From: Camelus dromedarius
Lineage: Eukaryota
Length of the DNA: 64,000 nucleotides
Direction of reading: 5' to 3'
Assembly: GCF_036321535.1 (NCBI RefSeq)
Contig: NC_087472.1
Coordinates: 98,458,001-98,522,000 of the forward strand
Position 1 is the first letter of the stretch; every line of letters starts with the position of its first letter. The position numbers and the translations under genes are program-made. This document shows, one piece after another, positions 34,201-49,169 of the stretch. The notes under the pieces were generated by a model, which ran no database searches, was not told the DNA's origin, and saw nothing but the letters and a program-made list of their open reading frames with translations.

Positions 34201-35150
34201 GGAGGGGAGGAAACAATGATAGTAGCTGTGGTGTAATTAGTATCTTCCTAACAAATGTGATCATCAGACAACTGTGCAGAACTTTGGCCCTTTTTGTGAT
34301 ACTGGTTTATATATATAAAAGAATACATTACTACCATAATAAAATAAAAATGTTACAAAAGATAACACATTAGAATACAGTTGTACTGGTGTATATGATC
34401 TTTCATAGACAATTGATCTGCTCTACCTGGATGTACTACAACTGGATTTACAGTGATAAATTACATCAACCCTTTCTTGTTAAATTCATGTATAGCTATG
34501 ATCAAGGTTCCAGAGTAACTTTTCTCATACTGATTTTACGGTGAACTAGTACAGAACTAATCTACAAGACACTAGCACTGGATATAGAAACAAAGTTAGA
34601 CAATCCAAAACCAAAATTAAAATCAGCATTTTAAGACCACCATGAAGTGTACATTAAATGTGTTTACTACTATTTAGGAAAACTGTCACATAATTTGAAA
34701 GGGAACATTACTCTATAGTAATTGACAATGCAGAGTATATACCATAAATACAAAACCAGAACCTGACCAAGGAAAATGTCATGATGACATTTTCTTTCTC
34801 CTTATTATAAATCTTCAGCACACCACTAGAAAGCCTGCTTTCTCTTTGTGGAAAATCAATAAATACTTCAAAAGCAGAAGCAGGAACTCTTCTTTAACAA
34901 AACAATACACTTTAATTATAGAAGGCCTTGGTTCCCAAGGCCTTAGTTTTAGCCATACTAGGAATGGTTTCAGATCTTAGTTGTGTGGGCAGATCTGGTC
35001 TCCATGGTGATGAAAAAGTCAGCCTGGGAAGTGGAAAGAATTGTGGTACACTGCTCCCCATAGAAACAGTCAAGCTGAAATCAAATACAGCTTCTGTATT
35101 TAGCATCGACAAACCCTGAAGCTCCAGTGAACTGGTACTTTACCTCAGGA

Positions 35151-35164
35151 GTTGCCATGGCAAT
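35151..35164. promoter_or_regulatory. RFX X-box-like palindrome
   Basis: GTTGCCATGGCAAT, a 13/14 match to the palindromic RFX consensus GTTGCCATGGCAAC. Confidence 0.5.
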
Positions 35165-36379
35165 TTGCTAAGAAAGGTGGGTTACAGATACCTACATCTA
35201 TTACTACTAAAACATCAAATTAAGAGCCAGAATATATGCGTTAAAAGCAATAATTTATTTACTAGTTCTGAATTTGGCTCTCTTAAATAGGATCTAGGGG
35301 TTTAATAGTGGCATTATTGTTTTTGCAAATTCATATAATCTAATTAGTATTTTTAAGAAATTCTAAGAAATAGCCCTGAACAACTTTTACTCTTCTTCAG
35401 TTTAGTGTAAACATTCTGAAAACAAATCAATTATTATACTAACATTTGTATTTTGCTTTCCACCTTATAAAGTGCTTTTTTACATGCAATGTCTCGAAAG
35501 AAGATGTGGAAAATATTAGAATTTCACTAGATTTCACTTTGTGATGAGTTTTCATTTCATAGTACATATTGCATAGTGCAAGAGAAATTAGAAGTTGGAA
35601 GCAGATGAAAGTGTGAATGGTGTGTTCTTTAATAGTTCCTTTCAGGGCACATGAATTAAATTTCAGATTTGTAACAGGTGACAGAAAGTAATGTTTCATC
35701 ATGAGAGAAAACATAGTAATCCACAATACATCAATTTGGTACCTGTGAGTAGGAACTGGAAAGATCAGTGACACCTTCAAATTTTACTTTTAAATCTGTC
35801 GCTTCTCTACCCTCTACCTTCATCAAAAGATTTAAAAAAATGTAAATAAAAAGATCCTTTACTTGATATAAAAAAAAAAGGCAGAAGGATTCAGATTTTT
35901 CCAAAGATGGATAAACTGGAACTTGGAAGGAAAAACTGAAGTTAACTTTGGCCACCATGTGAAGTAACTTTTCAAATTGGTCTCAAGACTTAATTCTTCA
36001 GAAGCAGTTCTTTTTTAAACATCTCAGTATTAACCTGACACAAATTAGCTACAAAAAGAATCATGTCAAAGTTTAAAATACCAAGATAGAGTTTTGACTC
36101 AAGTGGTGGAATTGTTTCACTGTTTATACATATTGAGGTACATGATTTTGGACACTGATTAGTTAAAATTGGAAAGTACACTAATTACAATTTTTTGTAA
36201 TAAAAGGTAAAGTGGTGTGTGGGGTTTTGCTTTACTTGATGGAGCATGTTATTGGTGATTTTGACTTACTGTAATAAAACCTAAACATTTTAGTTTCTTT
36301 TATACAGATGTGATATATGTATACACAGAAAAAGGAAACATTTTGCTAAATTTTAATCTAAATTAAAATGATAGATATG

Positions 36380-36630
36380 AGGAGCAATATGTGTTTGAGA
36401 GCATTCACTCTCTTTTCAGGATGTCTTAGTCTGAATCTCAGATCTGCTATTGACTAGCTGGGAGTCCTGGATCATGTTATTTAAACCCAGTTTCCTCATC
36501 TAGAAGGTAAGGGTAATACAAGTATTTACTTCTTAGATGTTGTGAAGATTAAGTGGGTTATATTATGCAAGGACACTAGAATAGTGCCTTAGAATAGCTA
36601 GCACTCATTAAAAAATGTTAGCTATTATTT
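36380..36630 (+). mobile_element. MIR SINE
   Basis: CAGTTTCCTCATCT core, GTTGTGAAGATTAAGTG, and an AAATGTTAGCTATTATT tail. Confidence 0.85.
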
Positions 36631-37429
36631 GTGATAGATTAATGTGTTCAATAAACCTATAAAATTTTTTAGAAAATGTACCATATTATAGATGTGTTGG
36701 CTTTACCTTAGGGAGGCAACTCTATTTTAGTATTTTTTCCATGAGGAAAAATACCTTTTCTCTATACATTAGAAAAGAACGAAAGATTCAGATTTATGGG
36801 CATGCCTGGCTTTGCAGATTGCATTTCAAGGCCAGACTATGTAGCATACCTTTATAGAAAAGATAAATCACTAAAATGTCTTTCATTCAACAGACAGGTA
36901 TAGTCCATAGGAAAGATGAAAAGAGTTTTCCTGAGATAACAGTGAAAGTAAAAGGACAAATGCATGTAGTTCAGTCATTCCATTCAGAATGTTCCTGATA
37001 TCATACTCACAATTTTGGTCAAAGACTGACCAGTTAATGATGTTGTAAACCTGACTGAAATGAGTTGAGATTTATTTAGAAGGGATGTAAGCAAGTTAAA
37101 ACATCTTCAATTTTCACTTCCTTATAATTCAAGTTATGTTCATTGAATATATTTCACTAAACAAATGAAATGTGTAATAATAATATTAATATAAATGGTA
37201 TTTATTTCCCATATCAAAGAGTGTTTCCCTTTTGCCATCAGACAGCTTACTTTATACACTAATGTGGCAAAGTGTTCCAAAAATTTTTTTTCTTCAAGGT
37301 TTAAACAAAAGAGGGATATTAAAGAGTTATTTTGAAATAAGTGCCCACTGTGTTGGATTCTTGCTGTCAAACCAAAAAACACCACATATTTTAGCTTGTC
37401 ATCATGGTGAACAATGTCACTTCTGACAT

Positions 37430-38415
37430 ATTACAGCTCTTCCTGATAACAGCTTCCTCTCCTGTCTCTCCCACTAGTCTAATCTTTGATCTAATTAAGA
37501 ACACAGCCCCTCCTGAATTCACTTCCTTATCCAACCTGGACTGTTCTTACCAGACCCCTCAATTCCCGCACCCTCTTGGATATGTACTACTCATAAACTT
37601 TCCAATATTCTACTCCTGCTTGCCTGCTTTCCTACCTGGCCACTGAGCGTTGCTAGAGAAAATTGTATATCCATGCTGACTGGCACCATTCTAAATTTGT
37701 GTTTTCTGCCTTTTAGTAATTCAGGACTACTTGGCAGATCTCTTAATAGTGCTTACTTAGATCTATTTACAATTCCCAACTGGGGAATGTTCAAGTGTTC
37801 CAAGCTTCCATTCCATTAGATTCTTCAAACCCTATTCTCTACCTGTGGATCTTCCTTTGAGCAGAAAACTATTTGCCTCCACACTTGTAGAGGGATATAA
37901 TAGCTCTCATCTGGACTCTTGAAGTAGTTTTTCTACCTGGTCTCCCTATCACGTGCATTCTCTTACACCAGTACATCTTCTATACTGCCATGAGAGTGAC
38001 CTTTCTGAAACTTATGTTTGATTACATCACCTTCCTACGGAGATCTCCAAAGATTCTCCACCATGCCTTTTGGGATACAATCCAAATTTCTGGGCATCGA
38101 ATACCAGGACCGTTATAATTTAGTTCTTGCATAATTTGTGTCTCATCTCTACTCATCTATACTATATGCCATATTTCTCTAAATCATTCTTTGTTTTTCT
38201 TCATTTCTGTCTTTGCTGATCCCATCAAGACATCGTAAGTGCTGCTGTGGAAGTTAACATGTGCCATCTTTTAAAAAGTTCAATATACTGTATTGTTACA
38301 TGTGGATGTCCTTCTCTCCTATTAGATGGCAAACTTACTGATTCTTTGATTTAAAATTTTTTTCTCTTGCACTTAGCAGAGTAGGTACTCAGGAAATTGT
38401 GGTTGTTTCATAAAT
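37430..38415 (+). mobile_element. L2 LINE fragment
   Basis: CTGGTCTCCCT, CTGCCATGAGAGTGACCTTTCTGAAA, and 3' end AGTAGGTACTCAGGAAATTGTGGTTG. Confidence 0.7.
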
Positions 38416-41400
38416 ATTCTTACATTGAATTAAATCACTAAAATAGTTTTAATTTAATGTATAAGTATATGACATGCAAGCTGAATATTGAATAAAGTGT
38501 TCTATTAAACAACCAGGTAAAATGATTTAGCTCACTAGAGCTTCCATTTTTGTAAGATCTACCTCAAGTCTTTGATGTGAACTATGTGGAAGAGGGGGAA
38601 ACCTTAGGAAAATAGGCCACTGAGGTCAAAGAATGCTATTTATGGCATTGCTATGTCAGAGAAGAATGATCTAGACCTTATATGAAGTGATAGCCTAACC
38701 ACTGCTAAAGGGTGTTTTCTTTGAATGACCTAGATTGTCAAGTTATTCACATGTCATTCATATTCAGAGTAGATGAGGTGAGTTAAAATCTTACTAAGAC
38801 TTAGGATGAGCTTTCAATTATAAATATAGCTTATAATTACATTCTCAAAAGGTCCTCTGTTGATAGAGGCTGATTAGTAGGAACTACTGCATAAAAATCT
38901 CATCATCTTGCTACCTTCGAGAGATGTTGGAAGGGGCTGCAACCAAATTATCAAAGTATCAGTTTACTGCTTTGTTCAAAACTTAGTCCTTTAAGAAGAC
39001 TTTGTATCACTAGGTTTCAATACCACATGGATCAGGCAAAATAGATGCCATTATAACATAACTACTCATTACTATTTTAACACCTAAAAATGCCATGTTA
39101 TCTATTCATCTCTATATTTCTGGTGAAATACTGAAAAATAAACAGATAAATAGCCAAAATTTACCCAAATATTTCAATGACTCACTCATTTGTTAATTTC
39201 TTTTTTAACTTTTAGAATATATCATGCTTTTATTTTAACAATCTTTTTAGAAAACCTAGTTGAGATTGTTTAAATTCATTTAGAATTAAGTGAATTCTAA
39301 ATGAATAAAAAGCATTCTCCAACCCTTAAAAAGATCTGATTTCTTATAGTATCACTGGATCAATTAAATGGCTTTTCTAAAGATTCAGTCATCTCATCAG
39401 AAACAATGATAACATAGGAATCAGTATTCTACCTTTCTCAAATCTAATGGCTTATATCACTCATACTTTCATTTTATTGGGCAATAACCACTTCAGTTAT
39501 GATCTATTGGAGGTAATATACAAGCATGTCAGATATCTGAAATCTAACACAAGTTCTGGTTTTAGTAATTGATCAATGAATAGAATAAAAGTTTGGTTGG
39601 GGAGATAAATTAATACATCATAATTCTACTTAACTTGGAAATGAATGGAATAAGCCATGATGGAAAACTTAAGGGCAGTCTATTCCTTTTCACATCAGAA
39701 AAGGATTCTAGATTGCTCCTATTCTTTAACCATAAGAATTATAACTTCATAGGCACAATTCTCATCACTTTAATGCCACTAAACTCAAATTCAAATACAA
39801 TAAAATGTTCTTGAGTGTTTAGTCATTAGTCAGATATATGACCTGTTAAAAACACCCAGTTTATGACTGCTTTTATGATTCACCTTTGGGATGATAACCA
39901 AGCTCTGCTTAGCAGGCTTTTGATTGTCAAGTAAAACAAACTGCATTATGTCTTTTCCCCTTCTTTTTCTTTTTTTAAAAACTTAAGACACAGTGTGAAA
40001 CAGAATAGTTCTGCATTCTGTGAAAATAGTTTAACTGGCTTAAAGCCCCTCGTTTGATGTCAATTATGTATCTCAATAAACTAAAAAGATAGTTCTGAAT
40101 ATCAGTAATGCATAGGACTTCCTTATATATTTCAGAAACTGAAGACTGACTTGAAGTTGCCAGCAGAAATATTACTGATGCTTGAACAGTGAGTCACTCA
40201 TTAATTTGACTGTCTCATTATAGTTGTTGGGTATACATATTAAACTCTAAAAGCCCAAAAGTCATTTATCAACTCACTGCTCAAAGTAATAGATGGAATT
40301 GCTAAATTTTAGCTGGAATTATAGAATAATTATTCCACTCTCTTTTTTATTCTCCATATTGTAATTGACCAGAAACCAATTTTTGGACACCTGTGTCCTT
40401 CTTCTTCCAACAGTATACAGTATTTTGCAAGCTATAAATCCCCCAAATAGTTTCATTTAGCATCTATTTAATCTTGGCTCCATGACAATGAAGTATATAC
40501 TATAAACCTTGTTTAATACACATGTGCTTAGTGAACTACAGCAAAGTAATTTTCAAAGGGCTAAATCTGGTTCGTTTGTTTTTTAATTTTTAGCATCAGC
40601 TATGTTAATTATTCAGATGAGAGAGGTATATCACTGGCTACGTGTGAAAAATCTCAAGGAACATGGACAAGGTAGCTCAATACCATTTTTCATTAAACCA
40701 CATATTATGAAATCTTACCATGTATTCTCTAAAAATCATAATAAAAGAGATCACCTTCAAGAAATATCTTTGTCTGTTATACATATGCAGCACATGTCTA
40801 GCCCTGGATACATTATAACAACATAATTTAATAAAAGAAGAACGAAAAGGTCACCCCATAAATTGTTTAGAGCAGAAACTGGTAGTACAGTTTTTTAACT
40901 ACCAAGACATTACTATTTTATATAAACAGGCTTAACATGAAGCGGTCTTAATGCAACTTGTTTCTATAATTTGAAGCTACAATTGATAGGGGACGTGAGC
41001 TGAGTTACAGTATAGAAATACTAGTTCTTAGGAACCACTGAATGCAACTGACCAAGGAATATGGCTGATCAGGTATAGGACTCCAGTCTAAAAAAAGAAG
41101 TTATTAGAAATCTTTGGTATTCTTATTTCCTTACTCTTATTAGATTCTACAAGCAGCCAATGTCTGTATGGTTTTAATACTCTACCTTGGCACATTCTGG
41201 TATTGACTGAGAGATACAAGAACAAAGGGTTAAAAATCTTGCAAACTGTCCTAATGAAGTAACCTAATTTTTATAGCTCCAGTTTTCCAATTATTTGAAT
41301 TAAAAAAAAAAAAAACCTGATGGGTCAGTTTCTATGAAATCTTCTGAAAATAAAAAGATATAAAACCATATAACCTGAGCTCCAATATTTTTTGCTTGTC

Positions 41401-41599
41401 ACCAATATACTAACTATAGGATTTAACTCATTAAAAATGAGATTAATACTTGTAAGTAATCGTTGAGTACATTAAAAACCTGATAATTCCATGTCTCAAA
41501 AATATAAAGAAATGAGTAAAATCTATTTGGACTCTTAACACTGAACAACAGGGAACTGGCATCTAGACCTGAAGGGGACTAGAAGAAGTTTTTGTTTTT

Positions 41600-43200
41600 G
41601 TTTTTTTCTAGTGGTGAGGAGAGAAAACATATAGTTGGATATGGTCCTTACATGGTAAGAAATATGGTTTTGAAACTTTAGAAAGACAAATATAAATTTG
41701 GACTCATCAGTAGTTTTAGAAAATTAAATTCTAGTCATACAAACACAAACTATCCCAATGAAAGAGGGTAAGGAAATGCAAATGAAGTGAAGATAGTTAC
41801 AGGGAGATTCCTTAGAAAAAGCTTTAGTTTAAGGAGGATTTCTATGAAAGATGGAAGAAGAGGCTACTAGAAATGAACAAGTGGAAAATAATATCAATTG
41901 CTTGAAAGAAGAGTGCCAGGAAACCAAGTGTTCAGCTGAGGCTTGTAAAAATGCTGAAGAAAGAGCTTTAAAAATTTTTTTTAAAGGAAAAATAATGACA
42001 AAAAGTAGAAGCATATGGCTTCAATGATATTTCTCCTGCAAGAAGTCTTCACACTAGGAAATTAAAAGACATGCTTCTTGAGATAAGGGACTAATAAGAT
42101 CCACTTTGTGGTCTCTTTGAACTAGCAGAATAATTTTAGGACTGAATGAACTTTTTGGAAATTATCTTAGGACCACTATCAGAATGCCCTGAGACTTCCG
42201 TTTAAGGAGAGAGTTCTCTTATCCAAACAAAAGCCAGCATGGGTTGTACGGAGAACACAATGATAAATCTGATATAGATACACAGTAAAGTGTTAGAACA
42301 GACTATTATTGGGAGGAGTTTCATTTTTAAATTTTAATCAAAGGACCAATATGTATTCAATAAAAATGAAGCATTTTAAACTGTTTTTTTCCCCCATGGA
42401 CAGTATCTCTAGGTTGGGAGACAAGAGGAAAGCCAAGGGCACTGTGCCATACATATGATGAAATTTTGCATGCTGTCCTTGTGAATAAAATGCTATAATA
42501 TGGACTGCATAAAGATTATGAATGACTGAATGAGTTTAATGTATGAAATTTCAGATTAAATGCTTCGCAGCTCTGTCCCTGCTCCTTTTTTCTTTAAAAT
42601 GTTTTCTTTAAAAATGTTCTTCAATGAAGCAGTTAAAAACATAGAAAGGATACTTAGAACCTTGGTGAGTTATTCAACAATAGGAGGGAATATTAATATC
42701 ACAGATTCAGAGGTGGCAGCTTCTGCTCTGAGTTCAAACTTTCTTAATAGGACTGAACACTGCTGGATAAAAAGCTGAGAACTTAAAACTTAAACAGAAA
42801 TAAATATAAATAGTTGCATTTAGGTTAAGAAATAAATAAGTGTGAGATATTTGATAACATAAAAGCATCATATGAGTCAACAGTGAGTAGGTTAAAACTA
42901 ATGTAATCATGTCCACAAAAATATGGTATCCAATCACTGTAACAGTTCCAGTTCACTTGGCATGGGAACACGAAAAAGAAACAAAGCGTACAGGTGTGGG
43001 TAACCAGGATAGTAAGTTGTCTGTTAGTCATGTCATAGGCTACAAAGTTAAGCTGATTACATGCATTCAGCTCAGAGATGAGAACGTAAACTATGTTTGA
43101 TAACACAATTCCACTGTATAGCTTTGAACATGTACATTGTGCAGAGCACATAACAGAACAAAGGTGAGGCCCTTATGCTGAAGAGAAACATAAAACCTTA
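41600..43200 (+). mobile_element. Highly degraded L3/CR1 LINE (RT region)
   Basis: Remnants resembling CR1 RT (GCTCTGTCCCTGCTCC..TTCTTCAATGA, ATAGGAGGG, TTGCATTTAGG). Boundaries uncertain. Confidence 0.4.
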
Positions 43201-44974
43201 GAGTGAGAAGAAGCCATCAGGTTCAACAGTCCTGCTAGCTCAGGGAGCCCTGTCTGGTAGCTGGTTTTCAGTTCCTTCTTAAACACTGAGTAACGGGAAG
43301 CCCTCTAAACTGACAAAGAACAGTTATTTCACTCATGGGTAAATGCAATCACTGGAATGCTTCCCCCGAATCAATCTAAAAATCAGCCTCCCTGTACCTA
43401 TTATGTCCTCTGGAATTTCAACGACTATCTCATACCTCTTCTGCATGTCAGTCTCTCAAATACTTGCTCTGTATTTTTCTAATTTGCAATGTCAAGATCC
43501 ATAATGAGTAGGAAATTTATAAGAAATCAGCTTTTGTATCAATATAAGGAAGAACTTTTAAACTAGAGCTGTCCAACATGGAATGCCCTGTCTTTGGGGG
43601 CAGTAAGCTATAAGTTTCTAAAATATTCAAGCAGAGTCTCAACAAAAATTCTTCAAGTGAATAAAAGGACAAATACTTAAAACTCTAAGTTCTGTGGTGA
43701 GATGGCTAATTATTATGCATATTTACATACAGCATGGCACATGTTATATTCCTCCTCCAATAAAAAACAATTTCTCTATTATTAAATGAATTCTTTACCT
43801 TAATGTATATCATTTAAAATGGGTTCTATAGTATTTACCAGAAAGATATCACTCAGTTACACAAACAAACAAAAAAAAGGTGTTATACATTTAAAGAAGA
43901 TTTCAAAATTAAGTTCACTTAATTTTTCAGCAAAGATGTTCAACATTGGTACAGAATTATTTTTGGAATGGTAAACATCTTTCTTACCTCCAGTGTTGAG
44001 GCACAATCCTTCTAATTAGGTTAATAAAAGATCATCATGAGCCTTAGAACCACAAGGCTAAATCAAGAGATGGCTGCCCAGCAACTACATAGGGTATAAG
44101 AAGACAATAGAGTGCAAAGTGAGGGGCGGGGCTTGCTGCCAGGGTTGGCAATGGGTGGTACTGAAGCCCAGATTCCAAGTTGTCCCTCCTCCCTGTTCTT
44201 TTTAGAAAAGGCAAGAAAACCCCCGTGTGTTGGCATTGTTAAAGAACAAGGAGAAAACAGCAGAGATGCTAGGGGAAAAAAGGTAAAGTTTAAGTTCAGT
44301 GATATTGAAGTTATGGGCTATTTTTCTCTCACTAAGAATCCTAAAGTGAATGACTGCTTTAAAATATCTATTTCACAAGGTTACAGAATAGACTCTCAGT
44401 TAGGTCAACAACAACAATATTTAAGGAAAAAATTAAGCTAAAGGAACCAATAAAGTCATGGATAAGAAAATTTCAAGGTCTTAAATGAATGGATCTTAAG
44501 TATTAAGTCAATAAATTCTATAGATGATTTACTGAGAGAAATAGCACAATAAATATATCAGATTCAAAATCATGGAAGATATGGTATTACACATGTGGAA
44601 GGAAGTAAAAAACTGTTTAAAATGTTAAAGTTCAAATTTCCCTAAGTAGACATTAAAAACAGTATAATTTTCCGTATTTGGTACTCTGCTAACATTAATA
44701 GGTTTTTCTGACAATCAAATACTGTATTAGTTGTACTATAAAATTAGGAAGCATCTTCTCAGTCACCAAAGAAATACTCATTTGTGGTCAGCATAGTATT
44801 ATTTCAGTGTGATACTATATGTCAGTATAATATTACGGCCTATATATTATATTGACCATAGATTAATACTTCTTTGATGAATGAGAAAATACTTCCTAAT
44901 TTCAGAGAAATCAATGGAGATTTTTATTTATTATTTATTTATTTACTTACTTATCTATTTATTTTTACTTATTT

Positions 44975-45140
44975 TTCACTCACTAGATTACCAATTTATA
45001 TAAAAAGTTATTAAAGGATATGAACCAATTGCCAGATACATAGGGTGAGGTACCAAACAAAGGAGGTTTTGTCCTCGTGGAGCTTAAAGTCCAGCAGAGT
45101 GGCCACGGAACCAATGTGGAAACTCCAAAAAAGGGTCCAA
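44975..45140. mobile_element. MER21-like LTR fragment
   Basis: CTAGATTACCAATTTATATAAAA..AAAGGATATGAACC..GCCAGATACATAGGGTGAGGTA motif. Confidence 0.45.
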
Positions 45141-46825
45141 TGGAGAGTTTAGACATCTGATTTGAGTTAATCAGTATATCCGAGTAACCAGAACATATTT
45201 TCCCCAACTATATTGTTTAAGGAATGAGTGAAATCAGAAATAGCTCTAAAAGTAATCTCATCTGATTTTAAACAGTTTTATAAATTTTGCACAAGTGATA
45301 AACACCTTAAAATGAACACAGAGTATCTTGTGCTACCTCTCAAAGAATCATTTTAATAATATTATCAATTGGTTACTAGGGGAAATTATTGGTATAAGCA
45401 AAGAGGATGCATGTTTTGAATTATTTGCTCTGTATCATGTTATCAGAAAGATCTTTCTTATTTTTCAAAGATAATTTACAAATTCTTGTTGTAAAGTAGA
45501 TTTATGGAAGAGCCAGATATACTCTTAACATATTACCTGGCATGTAGTAAACAAACAATAAGTGTCTGTTGAATGAATGAATACATGCTTAGAACTAATT
45601 AGACTATATACTGATATAGCAAATTCAAAGTACAATATGGAGGCTCAGTTTACATCTTAGTAGGCTAAATAAATTTAGAAATTGAAATATTAGGGAATGA
45701 CTAAGAATGTTAAAGAATTTATAAGTGTGAAAATGAATCCATGAGTTTAATAACTATCACTTTTATTTTCAACTATTCTACAATTTCTGTGAAATAACCT
45801 AGAAAGTTGATTTTATTGGCATACTCCATGTTTGTAATAGAAACAAACATATATGAAATTTTCTTATTACATACCTGAGACAAGAACCTTTTAGAAGTTT
45901 TCAAGGATGAGGTTTAAATATTAAAATAATTTTAATGACCAACTCTCACTTATATATTTAAAATATATAGTAATAGGTACTTTTTTCTTATTGGATGACA
46001 TATTAATGTATTTTTGCATTAAAGGAAAAATTTCAGAGTGTAATAGATTGAGCTATTAAGACCAAATATTAGGGCTCAGGTGCCTATGGCTAAACATAAG
46101 AAAGTCTATGAGACCAGAAGAATGGAACTAGTGAGAACAACGGAAAAAGGAAGTAATGGAGATGGTTTAGTAGACAGTTTAAAGCCAAAGCCACAGGTAA
46201 AAAACTCTGACCACCAGACACCCATCTCTGAGTTCTACATCCTGGCTTCTGAAGGCTAGACTTGCTATGTTTTTTAGCCACTTGGCTCTGGCTTAGCTGT
46301 TTTCATCACAGAGCTTTGGGGTAAGCTGACATTATTGGAAGATTCCCATAAAGAAGGGCAGGCAAAAGTGATCCAGAACTAAAGGCATTAGGCAGGTAGG
46401 CAAGGAGCTTCTGACACATGAGTATGAGTGTGTGTGTGGGGAGTGTAGGCGTTCATTTATAGCCGTTGTCATTTCTTTCCTCTCACATTTCTCCTTCTAC
46501 CATTTTTGAAATGGTCAACAGGTAACTGCTGCTGTTTTCTAGGGTGATATATGCTGGGACTGGGGCTGGGTTCTGAGGTTAGTGATCTCACGAGACTGCT
46601 GCTTATACTATGAACTAAGGTTACAATATGAAAATTTCTGAGGCAATTCTCTTACTGAAAGCCAACTAAATCATACTTCACCTCTCTACTTGCATTGAGT
46701 ATCAGGAAAAAGATACATGAAAAAAACAAATTAATACAAGAATTTTTAAAGCCTTAACTTTTAACAAAAGTTACCTCTGAAGACTAAGAAGGAGAGAAGG
46801 TTGCTTTTTACTTTCATCATCATTT

Positions 46826-46868
46826 TATGTATGTATGTATGTATGTATGTATGTATGTATGTATGTAT
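46826..46868. repeat. (TATG)10 microsatellite
   Basis: Direct reading. Confidence 0.95.
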
Positions 46869-47887
46869 TTGGCAAGTTTGGCAATAAGCAAGTTACTACT
46901 TTTCAGTTAAGTAATAAAAACATGTATGGAAATTTAAAAACTTCTAAAGTGTATTTTATGGTGCAATGCTATTACGTCTTAATCTACTATCTTCCAGTAG
47001 TTGGTAACCATAGGAGGAAGATTTCATATGTAGAGGGAGAAAAAGGAGACTCCTTTATGACAGGGTCTCATAAAATAAGCTAGAAGTAACTCCACTGAGA
47101 AACTGGCCACCACTGATCTGAAGAAACTGTTCTGCTTTTTTTGATGTGTGAAAATAGTAACAAGTAGCAGTGTGGTTGAAACTACTTATCTTTCTTGGTA
47201 AAACAAATTGTAAATCATATCTTACCTATACTGGTGAGGGGCTGTCATCCTTCTATGTGAGCTTTAATTCTTATCTGTCCACATCTTCTGCTGGTATGAC
47301 GCTGCAACATCTAGAATTCATTCTTCCACCATTTGAATCTGGCTTTATTACTTACTATAACACATCTGAGACTATTTTCCTGGCTGATGCAGGCTATTGG
47401 TTATTCACTAAACTACAAGTTGCAATTTCAACATGTTTTACAAATGAATTAGGATGAAGCTAGGTGGTGGGTGACTTCTGAGGGGGCTGATCTTCCTTCT
47501 ATAGGCAGCAGATTTTGGTAGGAAAATCATCTGTCTAGGGGTGCTGGAAGAACTGCTTATCTCACATGTCATATTCTTGCAGCCTTCATCTTTGAAATGG
47601 GAGGAAAATAGGAAGAGAATGGATTCAGCATAGAGAAAGTGACTATAAATCAGTCATAAAATAAACAGCAGTAAATCTAGGTATTAGTATCCTAGCTTTG
47701 TGGTGCCCAGCATGAAGAAGGTATGCTGAATAAATGCAGTCCTGTCCTTCCCTTTATAAAATACCCAAAATGAAGAATATTGCAATGTTTTGATTCCTGT
47801 CTCATGTCACATAATAAATAAAACAATAACCTTAGTTTTAACTACTATATAATAAAATGGAAAAGAATTGGTGATAAAAGGGTTTAG

Positions 47888-48205
47888 ATTATTCATTCAT
47901 TCACTCATTCATTCATCCAATAGTGCCTGGCCTATTATGGGCCATATACTCTTTTAGGCACTGGGTGTACAAGACAGGAATAAAATCCCTGCTCTTAAGA
48001 AACTTATACTCTGGTGGGTAGAGATGGAAAATAAATCAGTGAACAATATTTGATATTGTACTCATAGTGATAAAGCTGTGAAGAATATAAAACAGAGTAA
48101 CATACCCAAGGATGAGTGGTGATGGTATGCTGGGGAAGGGCATCTGGGTCAGATTGGGTTTTCAGGGTAGGACTCTCTGAGGGGAAAATATGTGAACCCA
48201 AATGG
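47888..48205 (-). mobile_element. L2 3' end
   Basis: (ATTC)n tail, TAGGCACTGGG, AAAATCCCTGCTCTTAAGAAACTTATACTCT. Confidence 0.8.
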
Positions 48206-48374
48206 AAAGATCTATAAACACATGTTTCAGTAAACATATATAAGGTTATTGCTATTTGGAATACAAAGTTTCTTTTGAGTTCCCAAATGTCCAAAGTCAA
48301 AAAGGAAAGGAATAGTGAGTGATAAGAATGTGAAATGAAGGACATTTCTATTTTAGCTCCCAGAGTACAGCTAA

Positions 48375-48458
48375 TATATTGTGTTGAGATATACAAAATT
48401 GCTGATATTTCATTATTTTGACCTACAAAAACAGCAATTCATATGGTTCAACTCAATA
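48375..48458. mobile_element. MER53-like DNA transposon fragment
   Basis: AATTGCTGATATT..TTTTGACCTACAAAAACAGCAATTCATATGGTTCAACTCAATA. Confidence 0.7.
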
Positions 48459-48644
48459 GCTGGAACTGTACAAAGTTAGGTCATGTAGTCAGATAAATGT
48501 TATTTAGTGAGGTTTGCCAAGACTAATTCACTATTTAAGTATTGTAATTGCCCTCTCTGTCTAAATCCAAATCTGCAATGAAATCTACATAAATTATATA
48601 CTTATAAAACTTTTATTGGATAACCTTACAGTGTGTCACAAATG

Positions 48645-48860
48645 GAAACTAAGTACTTTCTGGCATTACCTCATTTGATCCTCATACAACCTCCAAAGGT
48701 AGGTACTGTTACCACATCAGTTAACAATGGAGACACTGAGGTCTAGAGGTGATAAATAACTTCATCAGTCACACCACTTGGAAAGCGGTAGTCTGACAAA
48801 GCAAGGATGTGAATCGAGGAATGTCTCCGGAGACTGTATTCTAATCTCTGACCACTTAGT
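48645..48860 (-). mobile_element. MIR SINE
   Basis: CCTCATTTGATCCTCATACAACC...GGAGACACTGAGGTCTAGAGGTGATAAATAACTT. Confidence 0.75.
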
Positions 48861-49169
48861 GCTTATAGGAAAACATGATTATTCATTTCAAAAATCAATA
48901 ATTATACCTAATTTGCTATATTTTCAGGGCTATATAGTATTTATTCCCTTTCTGATATCTAACATTTCATTAGGGCCAAGATTTTTAATGATGTGATGTG
49001 ATCTGGGGTGTGTGTTTGCATATATACATTGAAAGAGTGAAACACTGATTGAACAAATATATTGAGGATATACACAATAGTAGAGAGGCTCACGTAGATA
49101 GTAATGTTAAGCAGTTTGGCACATTTCTTTTCTTTATGATCTTACAAACAAATCAAGGTTAGTCTAAAC

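Noticed and set aside
35144..35191. Possible 48-nt poison exon (tAG|GTATCT...CTGAG|GTAAAG, minus)
   Set aside because: The acceptor lacks a polypyrimidine tract; the region is better explained by the RFX motif.
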